Assembly (NCBI GenBank): GCA_048013815.1
Contig: CM106586.1
Location: 8,928,001-8,992,000 of the forward strand
Length of the DNA: 64,000 bases
Source of the DNA: Setoptus koraiensis
Taxonomy: Eukaryota; Animalia; Arthropoda
Direction: 5' to 3'
This document shows, piece by piece, positions 12,942-22,539 of this stretch. How positions within the stretch are numbered: the first letter of the stretch is position 1; every line of letters starts with the position of its first letter. Below the pieces are notes generated by a model. It was given only the letters and a program-made list of their open reading frames with translations. It ran no database searches and was not told the DNA's origin. The translations under genes were made by a program, and so were the position numbers.

Positions 12942-14555
12942 ATGTTCAAGGTGAGTGCCCAGCCCAACACGCCGCTGCCCAGTCGGCATGTATCGCTGCC
13001 CAGTTGGCATGTATCAGCGCCCCAATTTACTGACCGTTTACCTCTGCTCGTTACTTTTACCCTATCTAGCAAATAATCCTAATAGCCCTCGTGGTGGCCG
13101 GTGCCGCGGCTCTACAGGAAGAGGCCGCCCCGGAGCCCTACAGCTTCCAGTACGACGCCGACTCCCACTCGGCCGCAGAGAGCAAGGACGCCAACGGAAA
13201 GGTCACTGGTTATTACACGATAGGTAATTATCCGTTTATGTTTTTGTTTGCCCGTTGACACAAGACTGTCACGTGCATGCCATACTCACTAACTGTCATC
13301 TCACTAACTGTCATCTCACCAACTGACAACTGATAAATTTGCCAATCCAACGCCAACCCAAAACCGGCCATCAGCTGAGGCTGACGGCAGACAACGCCGC
13401 GTAGACTACGAGGCCGATGCCGCTGGCTTCCGTGCCAAGGTTCAAACCAACGAAGTCGGAACCAAATCAGACAATTCGGCCGATGTCGAGGTTCTAGCAT
13501 CGCCCCCAACGCGAGAGCAATTAGTTCAACAGGTCAGTGGCGCTCAACAATACTCTCAACAGCAACAACAATTCGCGCAACGGGTTGCCGGTCAACAACA
13601 AGTGCAAAGGGCCTACTCGCAACAAGTGTCCGCGGCGGCGCCCCTCCAGCGAGCCGTCTACGGTAGCTACCAGTCGACCGCCAGCGCCGTACCCGCCCAA
13701 TCATCGTACAGCAGCTACCAGTCGACCGCTAGCGCCGCACCCGCCCAATCAGCTTACGGTAGCTACCAGTCGACCGCCAGCGCCGTACCCGCTCAATCAT
13801 CGTACGGCAGCTACCAGTCGACCGCCAGCGCTACCGCTGTACCCGCACAATCATCTTACGGAAGTTACCAATCGACAGCCAGTGCCGTACCCGCCCAAGC
13901 AGCTTATGGCAGCTACCAATCGACGGCCGGCGCCGTACCTGTCCAAGCAGCGTACGGTAGCTACCAGTCGACCGCTACCGCAGTACCCGCACAATCGTCT
14001 TACGGAAGCTACCAAGCGACCGCTACCGCTGTACCAGCATCGGCCCAATACGCTAGCTCGGTGTACGGATATTATCCAGTCAGCAGCGGAGCCTATGATA
14101 CCGCTTACACCCTAGGCAATGCCAACAACAATGCCGCTTACTATGCCTACAGCGTAAATCCTGGATATGCCGCAAACTACAAAACTGTCGCCTATACAAA
14201 CGAGGCCGCAGTACCCATCCAAGCCGCCGCTGTACCGGCCACCATCCAATATACCATCAAAAAGGTTCAAACTTCCGCCGTACCTGTCGTACCTGTTGTG
14301 TCTGTTGCACCCGTTGCAACAACATCCACAAGTCGCAATCTTTACCGCACAGTTACCGGCTACCAAGCAGCGGCCGTGCCGGTGAGCGTCGGACAGTACA
14401 GTAGCGGATATCAAATTGCTGTACCCCAACAGCAGACAGCTTCGTACCAATACGTGCAACCTGCCACCACCACTGGATCTTCTTATTATTCATCGTCCTC
14501 ATCATCGAAAGTTGAACAACCACAACAAGTAACATCATCGCTCGTCTACAACTAA
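12942..14555 (+). CDS. Cuticle protein with Rebers-Riddiford chitin-binding domain (CPR family) and Tyr/Ser/Ala repeats
   Basis: Exons 12942-12950 (MFK, then GTGAGT), 13070-13223 and 13375-14555, phase-consistent. Signal peptide MFKQIILIALVVAGAAA; R&R motif PYSFQYD...ESKDANGKVTGYYTIAEADGRQRRVDYEADAAGFRAKVQTNEVGT. Confidence 0.93.
12974..13015. repeat. 21-bp tandem x2 in cuticle gene intron 1
   Basis: GCTGCCCAGTYGGCATGTATC twice. Confidence 0.9.
13285..13330. repeat. 15-bp tandem x3 in cuticle gene intron 2
   Basis: CTCACTAACTGTCAT x2 plus a degenerate third unit. Confidence 0.9.
13659..14048 (+). repeat. Coding 48-bp tandem repeat, 8 units (YGSYQSTASAVPAQSS)
   Basis: Read directly in the DNA and the translation; unit 4 has a 2-residue insertion. 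Confidence 0.95.
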
Positions 14556-15425
14556 ACTATTTCTATTACCACAAACTACTCATAGTCGAGTGAATTTTTT
14601 CTCACTCCAATCACACACTCGTTGTCACTATTGTGTAACCATTAAACTCTTGTAATCATTCAAACACCATGCCCGTTATCTAATAATGTTGACCATCGAT
14701 TGAATATAAGACCCATTTTTTCGAGCAAAAGTATATGCTGCGTCTCCTTGACTCGCTCCACTTCTTGCCGCTGGCCGTCATTGGCGAACCGACTCAAATT
14801 CCGTCCGAATTTAGCCAAACGAACAAAAATCGCATTGGAATTTCGTGCGTTTTCAGGCATATTTCGGAAGTGCGGTTGCGGTCACGGGGGCCATGTCCAT
14901 ACTTTTTTGTCATTTTTTCTTCGTCAATGCGCGCATCTTGGCCGGACCTAGCCGCATGCCCACGCAGTTGTTGCGCGACCGCGGTTTCGGGCCAAAAAGT
15001 TGAAAAAACCGGCGAAAATGACAAATTCCAGACAAGATTTCGTCGGCAATGGGTGCGACCACAGATTCGCTCACAATGCCTGGTGACACTCTACCCATGA
15101 AAGAAAATCCCGACCTCACATCGCTGATAATCTGCATCATTATCGCCGATGATTTGCATTGTCGGATGAAAAATATCCCAACAAAAATACCCTTAGCCGC
15201 GCGGAATCCCGACGGAAGCGAGTGCCGAATGCGCACGGGTGCGGCCAACAGGAGCAGCAATAGTGGAAAAGGCGTGCGCAGCGCCCTCGAGTTGCGACTC
15301 GCACCACATGTGTTCTGTTTTGCCGTTACGGTCGGCGTGTTCGTCGTGCACGATGCACCACAATAATAATCATTTCGAGCGATTCATTTGTCGTATTCAT
15401 TATACTGCCAATTGATCTATTGGCT

Positions 15426-16472
15426 ATGGACCTGGAGAAGGACACACTCAGCTATGATGCCATAGTTCCGTTGTACACCACAAATATCAAATCAAACCAA
15501 CAGGGACACGAATCTCAACCAACAGGTACCCAGCAGGCCTTTATAGTGGGCTGTTCGCAATTGGACGGCTACAATGGCGGAAATTGGAAGGGATGCGTCT
15601 ACAAAATTGTATTGAACGATGATGCCGCTCATTGGGATGCACAAATTACCCACAGGGTACAACCAGGACAAGGCGGCTGCTCCGATCTGATTCGTTTGAG
15701 CGACAAACTGATCGTTGGCTCCTTCGACTCGGGCTGCGTTATACCCATCAAAAATTTTGGACCTCAAAAGACGTTCAATTGTCATGTTAACGGACGACTG
15801 GCCAAGCACAACAATCAAATCATTCGTTTAGTCGGCAATAGTGACTCAAATCAATTTGCAGCCGCCAGCATAGACGGATTTGTGTCGTTGTATTCCGTTA
15901 ACGAGGAAGCCATTTTCTACACAACCAAGCTCAGTCCGTCTTTGGCGCCCATCACAGGATTGTGCTATGTTCAGGAACCATTTTCTGGCCGCGAGACCAC
16001 AATTGTTTTGAGTTTGCAAAATGGCACCATTTGCATGCTCGATACTAGAAGTGATAAATACGAATTTAATCAACAAGTTACCACATTTAAATCATCAACA
16101 GCAATCTGTTCTATTCCCGAATCTAGCCAATTTGTCGTTGGCACCAACGACGGATTCATGGCGAAACTTGACCTACGAAACATGTGCACACCAGTAATTG
16201 TTTCACAGATTAATACCAGTCGCATAACTCGCATCAAGAGATTGATCGATTGTCACAGCAACCAGCTGATGCTGGGCATTTGCGACCTTAGTGATAAATT
16301 AAATATTATTGACTTTGAGTCATTCAAACAGGCTCCAGAAACAGATTGGACTTGCGTCAGACAAGAGACCGGCATTGTGAGAGATTTCACTCAAGTCGAT
16401 GATAAAATATTCACATGTGGTCTCAATTCCACTATCGGATGTTGGAAGAATGTTCACCATACCAATGCTTAG
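15426..16472 (+). CDS. WDR77: WD40 protein, divergent MEP50/WDR77 (valois)-like, intronless
   Basis: 348-aa ORF from ATG 15426. Motifs FIVGCSQLDG..NWKGCVY, GCSDL...SFDSGCV, KHNNQI, LDTR, DLRN and IVRDF..IFTCG align by eye with MEP50 (LLLGASSLSGRCWAGSLW, GVADL..ASDSGAV, EHDDIV, FVRDATW..TVGWD). AATAAA follows the stop. Confidence 0.65.
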   Translation: MDLEKDTLSYDAIVPLYTTNIKSNQQGHESQPTGTQQAFIVGCSQLDGYNGGNWKGCVYKIVLNDDAAHWDAQITHRVQPGQGGCSDLIRLSDKLIVGSFDSGCVIPIKNFGPQKTFNCHVNGRLAKHNNQIIRLVGNSDSNQFAAASIDGFVSLYSVNEEAIFYTTKLSPSLAPITGLCYVQEPFSGRETTIVLSLQNGTICMLDTRSDKYEFNQQVTTFKSSTAICSIPESSQFVVGTNDGFMAKLDLRNMCTPVIVSQINTSRITRIKRLIDCHSNQLMLGICDLSDKLNIIDFESFKQAPETDWTCVRQETGIVRDFTQVDDKIFTCGLNSTIGCWKNVHHTNA

Positions 16473-17133
16473 AGACTGCACAAAATCAATTGAATAAATA
16501 TTCAGAATAATGTACAGAGATGTTTATTGAATAATATCTTGACCAGAGATCAGACTTTCAGTACATTGATCAGTTGATGAAGATCAACCCGAAGATCCCC
16601 ACTTATGTTTGAGACATTGATACACCGCGCTCGCATCTAAAAGCTCTTTTTACCGAATTGAAATTCGCGCTCTCATTCATGGCACAGAAGCTGCCAAGGC
16701 GCACGTAGCTTACGTAAAGACTGTGACACTAAAATGTTCTACAGGCATTTGTTCTTTTCGGCCGCCAGGTTGCGTAACTAATTCATTTCCACCACATGGC
16801 ATAGTACACTTGCGCAATAGATGGCTGTGCTATCAGTCTAATTGTGAGTTTTATCAGCGGTGTCAGCACCTCTCTCGGAGCAGGCATGAATTAAATCTGT
16901 CCATTCGTAACTTATTGCGAGCAATGGAACGAACAATGGCAGAGGCAAATATTTTCAAGGCCATCGAAAGTCATGCTTGTCACTATATAATAACTGCTAT
17001 TGCATCCTTTACTTCCATTCTCAACCCTTCATCTAGACATTTCTCTCGGTGGCAAATAGAATACAAACAAAGGCTCCTTCCGTAATTTTATTCAACAAAC
17101 AGTTAACATAGTAGGAAATAGATAATCATCAAC

Positions 17134-17994
17134 ATGGCATCTGAAGATTACACTACAATAAAAGAGGTTTCAAAAGCAAAATGCTTTGACGGCCAACAGA
17201 ACGTGTACCAGCATCAAAGCGCCGTGCTGGGATGTTCAATGAAATTTGCCGTCTATTTACCAACGGCATCCGACAGCAAGAAATTGCCTGTTGTATACTA
17301 TCTCAGTGGCCTTACTTGCACTGAACAAAACGTTATTACAAAATCAGGGTTCCAACGTTACGCGCAAGAATATAATCTTATTGTTGTTGCACCCGACACC
17401 AGTCCTCGTGGTGTCGATGTTGCTGGCCAAGATGAATCATGGGACATTGGCACTGGTGCAGGATTTTATGTTGATGCCACACAGCCTGACTGGAACAAAC
17501 ATTACAAAATGTACTCTTACATAACTAAAGAGTTACTTGAAGTGGTAGCGAAAAACTTCCCTGTCGACACAAACAGAGTGGGTATCACTGGTCATTCTAT
17601 GGGCGGCCACGGGGCTCTTATTTGTTTCTTCAAGAATCCCACAATTTACAAGTCCGTGTCGGCCTTTGCCCCAATCTCCAACCCAATTAATTCAGCATGG
17701 GGTAAGAAGGCCTTGGGTATCTACCTTGGCGAAAATGTAGAAGACTGGAAACAATACGACGCCACTGAACTTGTTGAGAAACAACCTCGAAAGGACGTAA
17801 CTGTTCTTATTGATCAGGGTGGAAAAGACGAGTGGACTGGTCACCTCGTACCAGACAACTTCCCGGCTGCCTGCAAAAAGGTCGGTCAGCCTATCGAGTA
17901 CAACCTACGTGAGGGCTACGATCATGGGTACTTTTTTATTTCCACTTTTATCCAAAATCATTTAGCACACCACGCCAAAGTACTTCATGCATGA
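17134..17994 (+). CDS. ESD: S-formylglutathione hydrolase / esterase D, intronless
   Basis: KCFDG, MKFAVYLP, YYLSGLTCTEQN, APDTSPRG, GAGFYVDAT, nucleophile GHSMGGHGA, SAFAPISNP, EGYDHGYFFISTFI. Confidence 0.97.
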   Translation: MASEDYTTIKEVSKAKCFDGQQNVYQHQSAVLGCSMKFAVYLPTASDSKKLPVVYYLSGLTCTEQNVITKSGFQRYAQEYNLIVVAPDTSPRGVDVAGQDESWDIGTGAGFYVDATQPDWNKHYKMYSYITKELLEVVAKNFPVDTNRVGITGHSMGGHGALICFFKNPTIYKSVSAFAPISNPINSAWGKKALGIYLGENVEDWKQYDATELVEKQPRKDVTVLIDQGGKDEWTGHLVPDNFPAACKKVGQPIEYNLREGYDHGYFFISTFIQNHLAHHAKVLHA

Positions 17995-18513
17995 GCTAGT
18001 TGGATGTTATTTCATTTTCGCCTATCTCACGGTCATTTGATATCAATCAGTCGAGGTGCGAGGCAGGCACTAAACTTTGAAGAGAATCAAATCAAACTTG
18101 TTCGATCAATAAAATTGATGTTAAAATAATCACATTAGCAATTTTGTCCAATCTTAGATTAATATTCTAACTCTTTCCGGTGATAATCTTAGTGAAATTA
18201 CCATGAAGATTCATAAAGATCAATTCAAGAAATCAAAATCTTGTGTGGTTAGGATAAGAGACCAAGAAATGTAGGAGAAAAACGAAATAACGGGGCCAGT
18301 CCCTGTGCAGGTTTTTCCAGCCGTACTAATCCACTCTGGAGCTGGTCTCACGATTTTTGTCTCTACATCTCAATCTATCGCAAGCTGAGAAAAGTGGTAA
18401 CAATGGAACTGTGAAAAAATCAATTAACTTCTTTAATAGACCAAATTGAAAATTGAAAAAAAAACAATACCCCAGCAAGTGCTCGTCCCTGTCTGTTCTT
18501 GTTAGGCTACAAT

Positions 18514-18895
18514 TTATTTTAGGCCATAAATCTCCACCAGAGTACGAATGCGACAGATGTAGGCTAGTTTTGCCTCTTCTCTATCCATACCTATATTTAG
18601 GAACACGTTGTTACAATGCAGACAATGGGTTAAATAGAATTAAATATCAAGATACTGTAAAGAGGTTGGATTCACAATGAAAAAAACAGTTCAACTTACC
18701 TTTCTTTTTATTCCACCATTCCCATTTTGCTTTTTCTTTCAGTGCAAACATGCCGGGTTTTGGCGTATTATTGTCACCTTCTGTCGCTTGCTTGTAGAGA
18801 GCGTATATCTCTAACAATTCCTCATCAGAGGGTCTGGCTTTCAATTCTTTGATTTGGGCAGCTGCCGCCTGGAATTCTTTGTCGGTATCGGACAT
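18514..18895 (-). CDS. DBI: Acyl-CoA-binding protein (ACBP/DBI), 90 aa, 2 exons
   Basis: Exons 18895-18700 and 18590-18514 with a GTAAGT...TAG phase-1 intron. RPSDEELLEIYALYKQATEGDNNTPKPGMFALKEKAKW..WNKKKGMDREEAKLAYI matches the ACBP signature. Confidence 0.95.
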
Positions 18896-20401
18896 CCTTA
18901 GATTTGTGTTTAATCTGTGGCTTTCCAAATCAATCAGGCTGTATGGTTTATCTAGGAGCAGTTACTTGAATTATTTGAAGAAACTTTAATAGATGTACAT
19001 TGATTATAAGATCTAAATCTATACAAAATCACAGCGATCGGTTTCAGTGGAGATATTAGTAGTATTAGCTTGAGCGGCGTGCGTTGAAATGAATATTTTC
19101 CGCTTTACAGTAGTTTTGTGAGCGCAAGCAGTTGGTTGCTTATTTCGGAAATTTTTTCTCCTGAGAATTAATATAACACTATGTGTACAAAAGTTTAGTG
19201 GCAATCGTTTGGTTGTTGCTTGTCGTTGGTCGGTATAAAGATCTTCAGACTGTTAGTTGATTTACAATTTGTACAACAAAACCTTGCCGTGTAGTGTCTG
19301 TAAATAAATATCGAGGGCGTCTTCTCGCATCTCTCACAGTCAGTGGCTGTATTGGTGACTAGTTGCACTTGCTTGCTATTTACAAGATGACACATTGCAC
19401 AACAACAACAACAACAGCAACAACTGCCTTTTCAGGATAGCGTTGGCAAGATGCTTTTATATGCTATGATGCTATGTATACCTTTCTCCAAGGATTTGGT
19501 GATTCATTAGCTTGCAGCATTGACGTTTAAATCCTATGAATAGCAAACCTATTTGTTTTCCTCGCTCTTTTCCCTCCAAAGTGGAAATGAGAGTCTTTCG
19601 TTTTGATAATATATCCGGATAAAATATACAAAATAACAACAATAGTGTGCATGAAGAAAAACTTTTGTTCCGTGCGTTTCTAAGATCTACGGTTTGTCGT
19701 AAAGAGTAACTGCTTTCTAAACTATGTCTCTATTCTCATCCATGAACAACTTTACAGTACTAGCCGTACCCCAAAAGTGCACTCACAAGGTAAACCTCTT
19801 ACGGTGCGGAAACTCAGATCCATTAGAAAATCGGGCACTCTATTCCGGCGAATCGCGAGAATGTTGAAATGGATATTCTTTTATATATCTGACTTTTTTT
19901 ATTCCTGACAAACTATGTGAATCATGCGGCGCCTATCCTCTCTATTTTTAATGGTAGAAAGCGCACTAAAAGAGGAATCGAAAGAATTCTCAAATTTCTC
20001 CCAATAACATTCTCACATCAAATGACTCACTTTCAGAAAATTTTGATTATTTCAGAGGCTAAGAAAAAGTTAGATTCTTAATAGATCTCTTCTTCTTTGG
20101 TTCAACCAGGTAGTTGGAGTTACGGGTGTAAAGAAAGGTTTGGCGCAGGAACACTGTTGCAGTTTCCAGAAACTTCTTCACTGCAGATAGCGCCGATCAA
20201 AGCGTGTTGTTGTTGTAGTGACGTAAAACGCACGTTGATGTTCCAGTTAGTTGTTTTTCAATTTTGCCAACAACACTACGCCATTTGCTGAAAATAATAA
20301 ATCACATTATTTTATGTATCAATTATTCGTTATATAAATGAGAGCAACGATTATTCACATGAAATCATTGTAGTGATCACTATTTATTAATCATCGACAA
20401 G

Positions 20402-22396
20402 ATGCCTGCATTTTCAAATAAGAAAAAGAAAGAGCAGTTACGTCTCAAGAGGCTATTGAAACGTGAACGTAATGATGATCCAAGTAGCTTTTATAAATCT
20501 ATATCGCAAAAGTCACATTTCAAAGGCAAACAGAATGGTAACAACGATAATCGCAATGGAGGACCTGACAAAAGGAAAGAACGCTTCGCTGATTTACAAT
20601 TCTTTAAGGATGATGATGAAGAAATCAAATTGCGCAAAGAACAGTCCATGCTACCGATAACCAGGTTAGAGGAAAGTCATCTTGAAGTTGATGCTCAATG
20701 CCCAGCAGCTAGTCTAGATATGCCTAAGAGGCCACCATGGAATAAAACAATGTCAGTCAAACAATTGGACGAGCAAGAACAAAGGCATTTCAAACAATTC
20801 ACGAATGATCTCCTATCACAATCGGACGAATCAGAAAAGAAGCTTAGCTATTTCGATCTCAATCTCGATACATGGCGTCAGTTGTGGAGAGTGATTGAAA
20901 TGAGTGAGATTGTTACTATTATTGTTGATATTAGACATCCATTGTTTCATTTTCCACCTACACTCTACAATTACATTGTGAATGATTTGAAAAAGATGGT
21001 CATTATTGTTTTGAACAAGATAGATTTAGTACCAGCATCGCTCGTGGTTGCTTGGATGGATTATCTCAACAAACAATATCCCGAGGTCCATATCATACCT
21101 TTTGCTTCATATGCTGGAATGAAATCAAAGAAAGATGGTAGGCGCGTAGGTAAGCTTCATATGGCCACAGATGGAGCTAGAAGATTCATGTTGGAGGTTG
21201 AAAAAATGGTTGGTCACTTTGTAGACCTGACAACCTGGAAAGAGAAGATTCAAGAAGAATTGAAAACCAACGGAAAGCCGATCAACTTATATCATGATCA
21301 AGTTGGTGGAGATGAGGATCATCCATCTGAACACAGTGGAGACAATCTTTCGGATCAAGATGATAGCGCTTCAGTTTCCTCTCATCATAGTGAAAATGCA
21401 TGTGTAAATGAAGATGAAAATGAACAGGATTGTTCTGACGAAGATGTCATACCTGAAGCTGATTCAGACCACGAGGCAGGGGATTCCGAGCATGATGCTG
21501 TTGTTGACAGATCGTCTTTGAAGCAACAAGCCTTCAAGAAGAACCATAATTTCTACAGGGATCATCGTGGCCAAAATAAGCATGATTATGATAGTCATAT
21601 GGAGCGTCAAGCAGTTAGCAGGGAGGAAGTAGTAGATAGTGATGACAGTGACGACGCAAATGCAGGTCGAAGAGCTTTACGTCAAGCCAGACAGATAAGT
21701 ACAAAGAATGATGCGACTTACTACAACGAGGAGAAATTCAAGAATGGATTGTTGACAATTGGTTGTGTGGGTCATCCGAATGTTGGAAAGTCCTCATTTA
21801 TGAATGCGCTTATTGGCAAGAAAGTAGTATCTGTGTCCAGAACACCAGGACATACCAAACATTTCCAGACTATTTTCTTGACACCGAATGTTCGTTTGTG
21901 TGATTGTCCCGGTCTTGTATTCCCGTCTTACTATCCGAAACAACTTCAAGTCATCATGGGATGCTATCCGATATCACAATTAAGAGAGCCTTACAGTTCT
22001 ATTCAATATATTGCCGAGCGTTTAAACTTGCCAGAGATACTAAAATTGAAACCCATCGATGAGATCAGGCATCATCTGGAAGGAAGACAGAACTTAAGTA
22101 AAGCACAGCAGCAACAGATAAAAGACGACATTGAGTGGTCGGCATACTCGATTTGCGAATCATGGGCCATGATCCGAGGATTTTTGACCGCCAGGTCTGG
22201 TCGTCCCGATGTTTACCGCGCAGCAAATCATTTGTTGAGGATGGCTTTAGATGGTAGGACGATCTGTCTGACATTTTACCCACCGGATTACTTCAAGTTG
22301 AAAGAGAGCCACTGGGAGCTTCACGAAGATACCGCTCGTATTCAATCTATTCAGGGAAGACATAATATCATAGACGAAGAAGAGGAAGACTATTGA
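20402..22396 (+). CDS. GNL1: Guanine nucleotide-binding protein-like 1 (circularly permuted MMR1/HSR1 GTPase), intronless
   Basis: N-terminal FSNKKKKEQL, LDTWRQLWRVIEMSE, DIRHP, G4 LNKIDL, G1 GHPNVGKSS, VSRTPGHTKHFQT, G3 DCPG, GRPDVYRAANHLLRMALDG. Confidence 0.95.
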   Translation: MPAFSNKKKKEQLRLKRLLKRERNDDPSSFYKSISQKSHFKGKQNGNNDNRNGGPDKRKERFADLQFFKDDDEEIKLRKEQSMLPITRLEESHLEVDAQCPAASLDMPKRPPWNKTMSVKQLDEQEQRHFKQFTNDLLSQSDESEKKLSYFDLNLDTWRQLWRVIEMSEIVTIIVDIRHPLFHFPPTLYNYIVNDLKKMVIIVLNKIDLVPASLVVAWMDYLNKQYPEVHIIPFASYAGMKSKKDGRRVGKLHMATDGARRFMLEVEKMVGHFVDLTTWKEKIQEELKTNGKPINLYHDQVGGDEDHPSEHSGDNLSDQDDSASVSSHHSENACVNEDENEQDCSDEDVIPEADSDHEAGDSEHDAVVDRSSLKQQAFKKNHNFYRDHRGQNKHDYDSHMERQAVSREEVVDSDDSDDANAGRRALRQARQISTKNDATYYNEEKFKNGLLTIGCVGHPNVGKSSFMNALIGKKVVSVSRTPGHTKHFQTIFLTPNVRLCDCPGLVFPSYYPKQLQVIMGCYPISQLREPYSSIQYIAERLNLPEILKLKPIDEIRHHLEGRQNLSKAQQQQIKDDIEWSAYSICESWAMIRGFLTARSGRPDVYRAANHLLRMALDGRTICLTFYPPDYFKLKESHWELHEDTARIQSIQGRHNIIDEEEEDY

Positions 22397-22539
22397 TCTT
22401 CACCTGATCGTTCAAACGTTTCAAATAAACACAATTTCGTCAAATTTTCTGTTCGTTGAAGAGAAGTTACTATTCAGATTGTTCACTGTCTTAATAATGA
22501 TACCGTAGCTCTAATGATATTTTGTCCTTGAGATAATCG
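22278..22539 (+). repeat. Direct repeat copy 1: GNL1 3' end, shared 3' UTR and last codons of the TIR gene
   Basis: Near-identical to 25180-25440 over about 260 bp by direct reading. Confidence 0.95.

Noticed and set aside
13537-14115. 192-aa alternative-frame ORF over the cuticle gene
   Set aside because: It is a frame-shifted reading of the 48-bp coding repeat, with no independent start or splice support.
16575-16590. Hairpin GTTGAT-GAAG-ATCAAC with a box C-like TGATGA
   Set aside because: There is no matching box D or terminal stem, so the evidence for a snoRNA is insufficient.
17134-17994. Intronless ESD as a bacterial horizontal transfer
   Set aside because: The sequence resembles animal esterase D, and neighbouring core eukaryotic genes are also intronless.
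19195-19395. Minus-strand ORF with CxxC...CxxC
   Set aside because: It is short, preceded by a TGT microsatellite and lies in the ACBP-GNL1 divergent promoter; probably chance.
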